This document shows, in pieces, positions 40,245 through 49,241 of a DNA stretch of 64,000 nt. The position numbers were made by a program, and so were the translations under genes. The notes under the pieces are model-generated. The model did not search any database and was not told the origin of the DNA. It saw nothing but the letters and a program-made list of their open reading frames with translations. Source of the DNA: an uncultured Ectothiorhodospiraceae bacterium (GTDB lineage: Bacteria; Bacteroidota; Ignavibacteria; SZUA-365; GCA-2699105); NCBI GenBank assembly GCA_964408855.1, contig CAYPBB010000004.1, positions 51,764 through 115,763 on the forward strand, given 5' to 3'. Every line of letters begins with the position of its first letter. The first letter of the stretch is position 1.

Positions 40245-40532
40245 CTAGTATTCTCGCTGATTGTTCCTGAAATTACGTTTCGGTTTTTCTTCACGCGGAC
40301 GCGCTTCGCGGACGACGATGGCGCGTCCGTTGAAATCATGTCCATTGAGTGCGTCGATTGCGTTTTGGGCATTTGAATTATTCGGCATATCGACGAATGC
40401 AAATCCGCGGGATTTTCCAGTGAATTTGTCCGTGATCACGGAGGCAGATGAAACATCCCCGTACTGCTCAAACAGGGCGCGAATTTCTGAATCGCCTGAG
40501 GAATAAGGCAGATTCCCGACGTAAATATTCAT
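40245..40532 (-). CDS. RNA-binding protein (single RRM domain)
   Basis: RNP-2 IYVGNL and RNP-1 RGFAFVDM motifs. 95 aa with a C-terminal Arg-rich tail. Confidence 0.85.
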   Translation of the reverse strand: MNIYVGNLPYSSGDSEIRALFEQYGDVSSASVITDKFTGKSRGFAFVDMPNNSNAQNAIDALNGHDFNGRAIVVREARPREEKPKRNFRNNQREY

Positions 40533-40704
40533 ACAACAGACCTCATGGATTGGAGCAATGAAACGGAATGTTTTCGTTCACTCAACTATACAGTGAAAAC
40601 ATGTCCGGTGGCGCAGGCTCCAGGGTATGTGCAACACCCTGCTAAAATAATGGAAGTTTCCAAAGTTCCAACAGATGTTGAAACCATTCTTAGGAGTACT
40701 TATT

Positions 40705-42129
40705 CTATTTTGTCGAGAAATTCCTGCCGAGTATGTAGTCCGCCGCCGCATGCCCGCTTCTGACCGCTCCTTCGAGCGTCGCGGGGAGCGACGTACCGGT
40801 CCAGTCGCCTGCAATCGCGATTGCGCCATTCGCTATTGCGCCATTCGCGATTGCGCCATTCGCTATTGCGCCATTCGCTATTGCGCCATTCGCTATTGCG
40901 CCATTCGCTATTGCGCCATTCGCGATGGGGAACCGGGAGCGTACAGCATTGAGCCCCGGCGCGGGGATGAAGGTCGCAAACCGCTCGCGGACCGTTTTCA
41001 TGCGATAGAGTTCGCCCTGAGCGAGTGAAGGATATGCAGCATACAATTCCCGTGCAATCGTTCGTTCAAGTTCTTCGATCGGCTGATTGCTGACGGAGTC
41101 CGCCGCGGATATCACGCCGCTGTAGCGCCACCCTCCGTCCGCTGCCGAGCCTTTTGAGAACAGCCATTGGAGAGAGGTACCGAGGAATGCCGTCATTAGT
41201 TCATTTGTGAATTGCCGCTTCGACCATATATGCACCGAAGCGATTTCAGAAGGTACAAAAACGCCCGGAGGCGGAACCGGTATCGCCGCTTCGGGCGACG
41301 CAGCGGCAAGACGTTCATGCTGACGGTGCGATAATGCCAGTACAATAGCGGAGATGCTGTATGCATCCTTGTTCGTATTGATAGTGAAGCCGCTGCCGGC
41401 AGGAATGATCGATTCCACCATGGTATGGATCTGTATGCTGCCGCCGTTGCGAAGGATAGAGGAAAGCGCATCGTCGACATACAGCGCGCTCAAATCGGTA
41501 GACGGGAGAAGAAATGTCGATGCTGCTTTGCCGCCCAGAAACGCTTCCCTCAATACGGTCGCAAAAAGCATTGCGGAGGCATCGCGCGGGCGGGCGTTCA
41601 TCGTCGCGAGGACGATCGGTTCCCATAGCCGGGCGAGGGCGGCGGGTCCCTGACGCAGATGCGTCAACCACTCAAGCACGGAGCGAGTGTCCAGCGCCTG
41701 GAGCCTTTTACGCGAGAGCATCGCCGCGGCGCGGACGACATTCAGGAGCGCGAGCCGCTCGGCGAACGATAACATGTCGAATCCAAGAAATGCCGACAAT
41801 GCATCGAGAGGCCACGGGAGCCGCTTTGCTACAAGCGTCGCTCTATCCCCGTTGGCTGAGATAAACGGTACGCGGAGATTTCGGATAGGTACAAGTTTCG
41901 TATCGGCGCCGATGGTGCGGAGAAACGCGAGCATCTCCGTATAGCATCCCATCATGATATGCTGACCATTGTCGAGACGTTCGCCCGATATGCTGTCGGT
42001 GAAAGCGAACGCCCTTCCTCCGCAATGGGATTTTGCTTCGAACAGCGTAACGCGTATACCGCGCGAAGCCAGCCGGACCGCGGCTGCCAGCCCGGAAATC
42101 CCTCCCCCGATAACGGCGCAACCGGTCAT
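40705..42129 (-). CDS. hpnE: squalene-associated FAD-dependent desaturase (HpnE-like amine-oxidase family), with in-frame (ANGAI)x7 insertion
   Basis: N-terminal dinucleotide fold (AVIGGGISGLAAAVRLA). C-terminal GDWT...EGAVRSG FAD-binding motif. Position after the hpnC and hpnD homologues. Start overlaps the hpnD stop by 4 nt. Confidence 0.7.
   Translation of the reverse strand: MTGCAVIGGGISGLAAAVRLASRGIRVTLFEAKSHCGGRAFAFTDSISGERLDNGQHIMMGCYTEMLAFLRTIGADTKLVPIRNLRVPFISANGDRATLVAKRLPWPLDALSAFLGFDMLSFAERLALLNVVRAAAMLSRKRLQALDTRSVLEWLTHLRQGPAALARLWEPIVLATMNARPRDASAMLFATVLREAFLGGKAASTFLLPSTDLSALYVDDALSSILRNGGSIQIHTMVESIIPAGSGFTINTNKDAYSISAIVLALSHRQHERLAAASPEAAIPVPPPGVFVPSEIASVHIWSKRQFTNELMTAFLGTSLQWLFSKGSAADGGWRYSGVISAADSVSNQPIEELERTIARELYAAYPSLAQGELYRMKTVRERFATFIPAPGLNAVRSRFPIANGAIANGAIANGAIANGAIANGAIANGAIANGAIAIAGDWTGTSLPATLEGAVRSGHAAADYILGRNFSTK
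40811..40924. repeat. 15-bp perfect/near-perfect tandem repeat (ATTGCGCCATTCGCK) x7.6 inside hpnE coding sequence
   Basis: Seven full units at 40820-40924 plus a partial unit at 40811-40819. Differs only at the last unit base (T/G). Encodes ANGAI pentapeptide repeats on the minus strand. Confidence 0.9.
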
Positions 42130-42986
42130 ACAGTGGTTGCGTAGGCGACAGGGGAAGCGCTGTAGTATTCTTTCAGTGCGATAAACAGCTTGGTGGCAGG
42201 GGAGATGGAGATCTTTCCATCGAATACTTTGTAGTGCTTTTTCTCGATCTTGGTAAGAATGCGGTAGTAAATCTGGTCCATGATACGAGCGGCGAAGAAC
42301 GCTTTGTGGTCTTCATGTGCGAGAGAGAGCCGCGCCTTGTTATAGTAATCGCGCGCTCGTTGCACCTCGAACCGCATCAGGTCGATGAATGCCTGATTGT
42401 ATTTGCTTGCCAGTAATTCTTCTTCGCTGTACCCAAACCGGATAAAATCCTCATGGGGTAAGTAAATGCGGCCAATTTCCGCGTCGCTGCGTACGTCGCG
42501 GACAATATTGGTCAACTGCAGGGCGATTCCGAGATTGACTGCGTATTCCTTGGTTATTTCGTGCTTGTATCCGAAGATTTCGCTGCACATCAATCCGACG
42601 GTCGATGCTACCTTGTAGCAGTATTCATATAATTCCTCGAATGAAGTGTACCTGTTCTTCACCAGGTCCATTTCCATTCCATGGATGAGATCGTAGAAAT
42701 GGACGACAGGGATATTGAATTTCCTGGCAATCACGCTAAGCTTATTTAAAAGCGCGTGTTCGCTTTCGCCGCGGAGACCGCGCTCCAATTCCATCGCCCA
42801 AAGACTCAGACGCGCGCTTTTTACGGCTTTATCGCCTTCTTCATCCACAATGTCGTCGGTGCAACGGCAAAACGCGTACACAGTGTTAATTGCCTCGCGT
42901 TTGTGTTCCGGCAGCATCTGAAACGAAATCAGGAAATTCGTCTTGCTTTGTTTAGTGATGATTTCTTCTACACGGCTATCCTGCAT
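42126..42986 (-). CDS. hpnD: presqualene diphosphate synthase (squalene/phytoene synthase family)
   Basis: Isoprenoid synthase fold with Asp-rich motifs (YAFCRCTDDIVDE; DxxxD in second half). Segment LISFQMLPEHKREAINTVYAFCR is typical of HpnD. Confidence 0.75.
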   Translation of the reverse strand: MQDSRVEEIITKQSKTNFLISFQMLPEHKREAINTVYAFCRCTDDIVDEEGDKAVKSARLSLWAMELERGLRGESEHALLNKLSVIARKFNIPVVHFYDLIHGMEMDLVKNRYTSFEELYEYCYKVASTVGLMCSEIFGYKHEITKEYAVNLGIALQLTNIVRDVRSDAEIGRIYLPHEDFIRFGYSEEELLASKYNQAFIDLMRFEVQRARDYYNKARLSLAHEDHKAFFAARIMDQIYYRILTKIEKKHYKVFDGKISISPATKLFIALKEYYSASPVAYATTV

Positions 42987-43878
42987 GATCCTCTCCGGGA
43001 TTCGTTGCGCGCACGGGAAATACCGATCCGGTCAGAATGAGGAAATACTGCCTCATCGACAGAGCGGGACGCCGGGCGAGCACATCATAATCCTGTTGTT
43101 CAATCGCATCCAGAATCGATACGCCTCCCCGCCAAATTGCTTTCAGTTCAAGACGCAATCGCAGCGGGACTTGGGCAAACAGACTCGTTGCACTCCAAAA
43201 ATACTGTCTGGTGCGGTCAACCTCAAACTTCATCAGCCGTTTAAATGCAGCATTTGCATGGCTGGTACGGAGGTCGCTCTCGCCGATGCCGAACCGCGAC
43301 AGATCTTCGGCAGGAATATAGATCCGCGGTTTCCGGATATCCACCGAAACGTCCTGCCAGAAATTTGCCAGTTGGAGACCGGTACACAACGCGTCCGCAG
43401 GCGGGAACGTCGCGCCCGAGGCGCATCCAAACAACGCCAGGATAATTCTTCCTACGGGATCCGCCGAACGCGTGCAATAGTCCAGAACTTCCTCGAACGA
43501 TTCATACCGTTCCTTCACAATATCCTGTTTGAACGCATCGAGAAGGCGGTGGAACGGTTCGAGCGATAACCCATACCGTTTGACCGTATCGCCGAGAGCG
43601 ATGAATTCGGGCAGAGAAGGAGCGTCGAGGCACGCGTTCAACGCGCGGCGCCACTCGTCGAGACGCGCCAACCGCTGGTCAACGGAATCGTCGCCCTCGT
43701 CGGCGATGTCGTCGCCGTGCCGCGCAAACGCATACACGGCGGCCACGGCCGGGCGATGCCGTTTCGGTATGAGCATCGATCCGACCGGGAAATTCTCGTA
43801 GTGCGCCCGTGCGATGTTCGAGCAATGTTCATAGGAAGAAGCGAGAACACGGTCGTCTATTTCCTGATGCGGTTTCAT
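42976..43878 (-). CDS. hpnC: hydroxysqualene synthase (squalene/phytoene synthase family)
   Basis: YENFPVGS motif typical of HpnC. Asp-rich YAFARHGDDIADE. First gene of the hpnC-hpnD-hpnE order. 11-nt overlap with hpnD. Confidence 0.75.
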   Translation of the reverse strand: MKPHQEIDDRVLASSYEHCSNIARAHYENFPVGSMLIPKRHRPAVAAVYAFARHGDDIADEGDDSVDQRLARLDEWRRALNACLDAPSLPEFIALGDTVKRYGLSLEPFHRLLDAFKQDIVKERYESFEEVLDYCTRSADPVGRIILALFGCASGATFPPADALCTGLQLANFWQDVSVDIRKPRIYIPAEDLSRFGIGESDLRTSHANAAFKRLMKFEVDRTRQYFWSATSLFAQVPLRLRLELKAIWRGGVSILDAIEQQDYDVLARRPALSMRQYFLILTGSVFPVRATNPGEDHAG

Positions 43879-44071
43879 GCCGCAAGATAGGAAATCCTTC
43901 GTTCGAAACTACATGAAACGCGAGCCGGCCGGGAAATGAACCGGGCTGTTCGATGAGGCCGTATGCGATGTTGATGCCGCACTGCGGCGTTGCCTTCCTT
44001 GCTTCCTCCGTGAACCAATTCAACAACGTCTGGCGTTAGGAATATAAGCTGAATTAAAGGAGTACGGTACG

Positions 44072-44494
44072 ATGAAACGAACAGTCGCGATGAGTCTGAT
44101 AGTGGGAATCGTGGTATCTTCGCTTATTTTTCTTGAAGCCGCCGCATGGAACGGCAGCGGATCGATGCCTCGGCAGGAAGAAAAAAAGTACGAGATGAAA
44201 ACCTATTATCTGGTTCTTTTAAAGAAAGGTCCCAACCGGAATCATTCGAAGGAGGAAGCGGCAGTCATCCAAAAAGGACATATGGATAATATTAACCGGT
44301 TGGCGGAGGAAGGCATGCTCGTGATGGCGGGACCGATTGCCGACACGACAGATTTACGGGGAATCTTTGTCTTCAATGTTGAGTCCATGGAAAAGGCAAA
44401 AGAGTTGTGCGATAGCGATCCGGCGATACAATCCGGACGGCTGACGGCTGAAATACACCCGTGGTGGGCGGCAAAAGGGTCGACACTTCCATAG
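44072..44494 (+). CDS. YciI-like (Dabb-fold) family protein with N-terminal signal/TM segment
   Basis: 140 aa. RBS AAAGGAG. Central segment YYLVLLKKGPN...MAGP matches the YciI-like pattern. Confidence 0.5.
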   Translation: MKRTVAMSLIVGIVVSSLIFLEAAAWNGSGSMPRQEEKKYEMKTYYLVLLKKGPNRNHSKEEAAVIQKGHMDNINRLAEEGMLVMAGPIADTTDLRGIFVFNVESMEKAKELCDSDPAIQSGRLTAEIHPWWAAKGSTLP

Positions 44495-44501
44495 CGGAAA
44501 C

Positions 44502-45137
44502 TTGTTCTCGATCGCAGCGGTTACAATAAATGAGTGTATGATTAAGACAACGATAATATCGGCGGCGTTACCTGCGCTAATAACGGCATGGATCGCCGTT
44601 CATCCCGGGTTGTTATTTCAACATGGAGCGGATATGGCAGACGACATTGATACCACGAACGGACTTGCTGAGGCGATGTTTGGCGCCGGTTGTTTTTGGG
44701 GCGTTCAGGCGGAATTCGACAAAACACCCGGCGTTCGGTCGACCCGGGTTGGGTACAGCGGAGGGCTGTGGGATAACCCAACGTACAAGGATGTCTGTTC
44801 GGATATGACGGGTCACGCGGAAGTCGTGCATGTCTATTTTGATCCTGTCGAGATTGCGTACGATTCGCTTCTGACGCTTTTTTTTCAGCTTCACGATCCG
44901 ACGCAACTGAACCGGCAGGGACCGGATGTCGGCACGCAATACAGGTCGGTGATTTTTTATTATAATGAAGAGCAAAAGAGAGCCGCAGAAGAAATACTCC
45001 GGCAGCTCGACATGTCGGGGAGATATTCTCGTCCAGTCGTTACACAGATCAAACCTGCCGAAGTGTTCTGGGACGGCGAGGAGTACCACCAGAAGTACCT
45101 CGAAAAACGCGGTTTGACCTCGTGCCATACGCAGTGA
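44502..45137 (+). CDS. msrA: peptide-methionine (S)-S-oxide reductase
   Basis: GCFWG active-site motif and conserved downstream MsrA segments (VGYSGG, TQYRSVIF). Start is uncertain. ATG at 44634 has a GGAG RBS and would give a 167 aa cytoplasmic form. The longer form 44502/44538 would add a TM segment. Confidence 0.8.
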   Translation: MFSIAAVTINECMIKTTIISAALPALITAWIAVHPGLLFQHGADMADDIDTTNGLAEAMFGAGCFWGVQAEFDKTPGVRSTRVGYSGGLWDNPTYKDVCSDMTGHAEVVHVYFDPVEIAYDSLLTLFFQLHDPTQLNRQGPDVGTQYRSVIFYYNEEQKRAAEEILRQLDMSGRYSRPVVTQIKPAEVFWDGEEYHQKYLEKRGLTSCHTQ

Positions 45138-45353
45138 TAGAACAGCGTAGCAACTAGCAACGTAGGGATTGCACAAGTTGAAGAATTCGTACTACCGTTT
45201 ATTCGTCGTAGGGATACAGTGATCGCGCCGGTTGTGGGATAAACCTGACGACAAGCTATCTGTAATCAGGTATTCTCGTCTTTTACTGTAGCTTTTGTTG
45301 ATATCGATTGTTCTTATTCATAGATTCATGACCAATAGTGTTTTTGTGGATAT

Positions 45354-46379
45354 TTGAGTTCTACAATGAGTAAGGGTGCTATGGGAGGTTATCCTTCTTT
45401 TGTTTTCATATCGCCTCCAGCGATGATTCTCGCGTTTACTCAATGCAGCGACGATGAGCCAACCAAGCCGCCGGTTATTACTGAGCCGGATACCACAAGC
45501 AACGACTTTGTCTGGGATATTACCCAGATCGGTGTTCGCCACACGGCATTATATGACGTGGAAGCAATCTCCGATACCGATGTCTGGATTTGCGGAGAGA
45601 TACATTTCCCCGATACGTGCCAAAACGATTCATCGGGTAATATTATTCGCCCTTTCAATATTGCACATTGGGATGGGAAACAGGGGACGTTCAGCCGCTT
45701 ACATTGGAATAAGGATAACCCAAACGAATTCAACCCAGTGTATGGCATTAAGGCCTTTACTTCAAAAGAAGTATGGTTTTCTGCGGGAGGTGAGATTGTA
45801 TGCCTGTTACAAGGAGAATTCATCTATCGGACAATTCCAACTAGTCTTTTTGAATACACTGGGACCAATCATCTCGATGGCACAAAAAAATAATCTATAT
45901 CTGGCCGGTTTGAAGGGCGTAATACTTCATTTTGATGGGAAGAACACTTTCACTCCTATCAACTCTGGCACGGATAAGGAGATTCAGGACATGTGGATGG
46001 CAGACGGTGCTATCATGTGCGTGGTATCCAACGGAATAAGGGTCCTGCATATGAAACGGAAATCCTGAAGATAAACGATAAAACCGTCACTCGCTGGCGC
46101 GATACATTGATGTATACCGGCATGTCCGGTATATGGTTTACCGATACAAGCCACATCTTCCTCGCCGGTCCTGGATTCCGTTTGTATGAAAACGGCATAT
46201 GGAAAACACAAACACTTCCTCATAACGGCTTCTCGCAATGTCTTAGAGGAGTGGCCCTGAACGATCTCTTTGTAGCAGGTCATGCCGGCGCTATCCAGCA
46301 CTTCAATGGAAAAGCATGGAAGCACTATCCGGATGCCGTTCCATCAGGACTCGAAATCACGTATTTCTATATGTCGTAA
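45354..46379 (+). pseudogene. frameshifted lipoprotein gene with beta-propeller-like repeats (two frameshifts; pseudogene or assembly/sequencing errors)
   Basis: Three overlapping ORFs (45354-45893 frame 0, 45454-46068 frame 1, 45993-46379 frame 0) share a repeating motif (VW..GE.., LYLAGLKGVILHFDGK, IFLAGPGFRLYENGIWK, LFVAGHAGAIQHFNGKAWK). The first shift maps to an A7 homopolymer followed by TAA at 45884-45893; one fewer A restores the frame. Lipobox LAFTQC at the N-terminus. Lower GC than flanks. Confidence 0.45.
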
Positions 46380-46695
46380 ATACGTAACAATGTCTATTTA
46401 ACTGGGTATGATATGGGCGGTAAGCCATACATTGTTCATGGAAGAAGGAGGGAATAAACAGACTTGTAGCTTTGCGTGTCATCATGGCATCTCCGGGCTT
46501 GCGGGATCGATTTCGGTGTCGTAACTAAAATCTTACATTTCCCGGAGACTTTATTTTGGACAGGTGTGCAGGTATATAAGCCCAATTGGATAATGAAAAC
46601 AATTGGATAGTATGAGGCTGACACCCAGGGAGATCTGGGGATGTTAAAATCAAGGCAATTCGACGTTCCCATTACTATCCGTACCGTTTACACGG

Positions 46696-46725
46696 AATAA
46701 AAATGGGCGCCCCGGAGGACGCCCA
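46696..46725 (-). terminator. rho-independent terminator of the T9SS nonaheme cytochrome gene
   Basis: Hairpin TGGGCGCCC-cgga-GGACGCCCA with an adjacent A-run on plus (U-run on the minus transcript), immediately downstream of the minus-strand stop at 46753. Confidence 0.5.
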
Positions 46726-46752
46726 CATATTGGATCGACGATGAGATGACGA

Positions 46753-48774
46753 TTACTTCGTCAGCACCATCTTCTTGGTCGCGCGGTAGTTGCCTGCTTC
46801 GATGCGGTAGAAGTACACGCCCGAAGGTGCAACATGCGTATCAGTGTTGGTGGTTCCGTTCCAGGCGACGCGGTATGTGCCGGCCTGGTAGAATCCGTCG
46901 ACAAGAACGTTCACGCGTTTACCGTTTGCGTCGTACACGGCGAGCTTCACGTTCGCTCCTTTCGGGACGGAGAACATGATTTCGGTGCTCGGGTTGAACG
47001 GATTCGGGAAGTTCTGTGCGAGGTTGTAGTTGTTCGGAACCGCGCCGCCGACAGGTTCAACGTTCACTTTCTTCATCTCGTCGATGGAGGCCTTCAATAA
47101 TGCTTCCGCATATTTGAAGTTGTGGACGCCGAAGCTGTTGTCGTTGTTCACAAAGTAGTAATTCCAATGAACGTCGATTTCAAGCTGCGTCTTCAGCGCA
47201 GTATCGGACGGGAATCGCGGTCTGCCGTCCGGACGGAGCTTCAGATAGCCCTTCAACTCGTCGAGAAGCGCCTTGATTTCGGTCTGCGTTTCTTCCATTT
47301 CCGTCAGCGTGACGCCGCTCGTGTGGCAGGTCTTGCAACCGGTGTTGTTCAGGACATCGTCGGTAGCATCGTTCGGAGTGTCGTTGTCATAGAGAACACG
47401 GAAGGTGTGACCGCCGAGTTTATTGTTATACTGCGCATCCTCTGGTTCCGCCATGTGGCATTCGGCGCATGCGTCGGCAATGTTGGTGTGAACCGAATTC
47501 GGGTAGCTGTAACCCGGGAATTCGCGACCGCCTTCGCCCTTCAGCATCGGTCCCTGGTGCGAAGCGTGGAGACCGCTCTGACCGGAAGGACGGATACTGT
47601 GGCAATCGGCGCACAACTGGTTTTTGGCTTTCCGCAACTGCGACGGATTTGCGTTGCTGTGCGGATCGTGGCAGGTGACGCAACCGACGTAGGCGGGATC
47701 CTTGTACGGCGCATTCGAGAAGGAAGTTTCCGGCGGATTGGCGCTCTTGACGAACACATCGAGATAGCCTGCGGATGTATGGCAGCGGGCGCAATCGCTG
47801 TTCACGTTGGTCTTGCTGCCGCGGTTCATGTATTCCGGAAGCTCTGGACCTTCATCCATCGAGTGGCTGTGCGCGGAGTTCTCGTATTCCAGAAGCGTAC
47901 GGTGGTAGGGCGGCGCATCGTGGCACTGCTTGCACGTCTCGCTCGATGCGGAAGAATAAATCTTGTTGTCGCCGGTCGGGCCGCCGTGGGCGCTGCCGGG
48001 GCCATGACACGATTCGCATTGAATGCCTGCGCGGTGCGCGAGCATAGGCGCGACGAGCTTTAACGAATCCCAGTTGCCGGCTTTCAATTCGGTTGGGAAC
48101 GTCCAACTGCTCGATTTTGCTAGATGAAGGAATCCATCGCCTTCCGCAGCCGGATTCGTGGAACCAGTGGTGTGGCAACCGAGGCAGTTTGAATTGAAAT
48201 GCCCGCCGACTTCATCAAGCCGGCGTTCCAATGCCGTTGCGTGCGCCGTCTGGTTCCATGTAGTTGCTACGGCGCTGTGGCACATAGCGCACTGCGGATA
48301 CGTCGCCGCGCCGCCGAGCATGGTGCCGACGCCGACATACTTGGCGACGTTGATCGCAAGCGTGTCCGTTCCGCCGTTCCCTTTGTTGTCCGTAGCGGTA
48401 AGCTGGATTTTATACGTTCCTTCCATGTCTGGAATGAAGAACGCGCGTTGCTGATCGATCATCGTGAACGCCGCGGTCGATCCTGCAGGCGCAGAGATGA
48501 ATGTGAATGTCGATGATGCCCAGGCTGTTGCGTCGCCGTTTGTAGCGTCGCGGGAGAATTTCCCGAAGACGCCCAAATAGACTTTTCCGCCTTTGGCGCA
48601 ATTCGGTAGACCGCTGAACGGCACATCGTACGCATCCGCAGGATCCGCAGCGACGAGGTTCGGCGATACGCCAAACGTACGGGCTTTCACAACAGCCGGG
48701 GTTAGCTGAGCATGGAGCGGCAGTGCGAAGCTCACCAGCACGGCTGCTACCAGAAATAGATGCAATGCCCTCAT
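46753..48774 (-). CDS. extracellular nonaheme c-type cytochrome with T9SS C-terminal sorting domain
   Basis: Signal peptide MRALHLFLVAAVLVSFALPLHAQ. Nine CxxCH motifs (CAMCH, CLGCH, CESCH, CKQCH, CARCH, CVTCH, CADCH, CAECH, CKTCH). C-terminal roughly 90 aa fits the T9SS CTD pattern (NFPNPFNPSTEI...VYDANGKRV...SGVYFYRIEAGNYRATKKMVLTK). Confidence 0.75.
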   Translation of the reverse strand: MRALHLFLVAAVLVSFALPLHAQLTPAVVKARTFGVSPNLVAADPADAYDVPFSGLPNCAKGGKVYLGVFGKFSRDATNGDATAWASSTFTFISAPAGSTAAFTMIDQQRAFFIPDMEGTYKIQLTATDNKGNGGTDTLAINVAKYVGVGTMLGGAATYPQCAMCHSAVATTWNQTAHATALERRLDEVGGHFNSNCLGCHTTGSTNPAAEGDGFLHLAKSSSWTFPTELKAGNWDSLKLVAPMLAHRAGIQCESCHGPGSAHGGPTGDNKIYSSASSETCKQCHDAPPYHRTLLEYENSAHSHSMDEGPELPEYMNRGSKTNVNSDCARCHTSAGYLDVFVKSANPPETSFSNAPYKDPAYVGCVTCHDPHSNANPSQLRKAKNQLCADCHSIRPSGQSGLHASHQGPMLKGEGGREFPGYSYPNSVHTNIADACAECHMAEPEDAQYNNKLGGHTFRVLYDNDTPNDATDDVLNNTGCKTCHTSGVTLTEMEETQTEIKALLDELKGYLKLRPDGRPRFPSDTALKTQLEIDVHWNYYFVNNDNSFGVHNFKYAEALLKASIDEMKKVNVEPVGGAVPNNYNLAQNFPNPFNPSTEIMFSVPKGANVKLAVYDANGKRVNVLVDGFYQAGTYRVAWNGTTNTDTHVAPSGVYFYRIEAGNYRATKKMVLTK

Positions 48775-49190
48775 TTAACCTCCGATACAATGATTTGATG
48801 GGACAAATAGAAGAACCTGTCTTCTTTTATTAAGACATGGATTTCCGAATGCAATAACGAACTGCAATACTGCAACTGCTAACTGCGCAATCCTAGAAAA
48901 ACGGCTGAAACTTTGCGTTGTGACAGTGAAATATACACAAGCCATTCTCCATTTTCCAGTAGAGCGCATCAAGAGCAATGAATAAATCATTGAACGGCAA
49001 GCCAACCCAAGCTTTTTTGTGGGAAAGAACAAGGATGAGGTGCTTGACATTTACAGTCGCTTTCGTCTTAGTGTGTAAATATTCTACATCAATATACGAA
49101 CAACGTCGTGTAACTGTCAATGAATTCTACACTTATTTCTGAAAAAAAGATGCTTTTGTATTCAGTCCGACGTGTCCCCTTTAAAACGGC

Positions 49191-49217
49191 AAAAGTGACG
49201 CAAATTGCGCCACTTTT
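49191..49217. terminator. putative bidirectional terminator hairpin downstream of the multiheme lipoprotein gene
   Basis: AAAAGTGACGCA-aat-TGCGCCACTTTT palindrome (one mismatch) flanked by an A-run and a T-run. Confidence 0.4.
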
Positions 49218-49241
49218 GATCCGATTTGTCTTTTGTTTCTG

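Noticed and set aside
45354-46379. Three separate small genes (179, 204, 128 aa)
   Set aside because: All three share the same internal repeat motif and overlap in alternating frames with a homopolymer at the first junction. Interpreted as one frameshifted gene instead.
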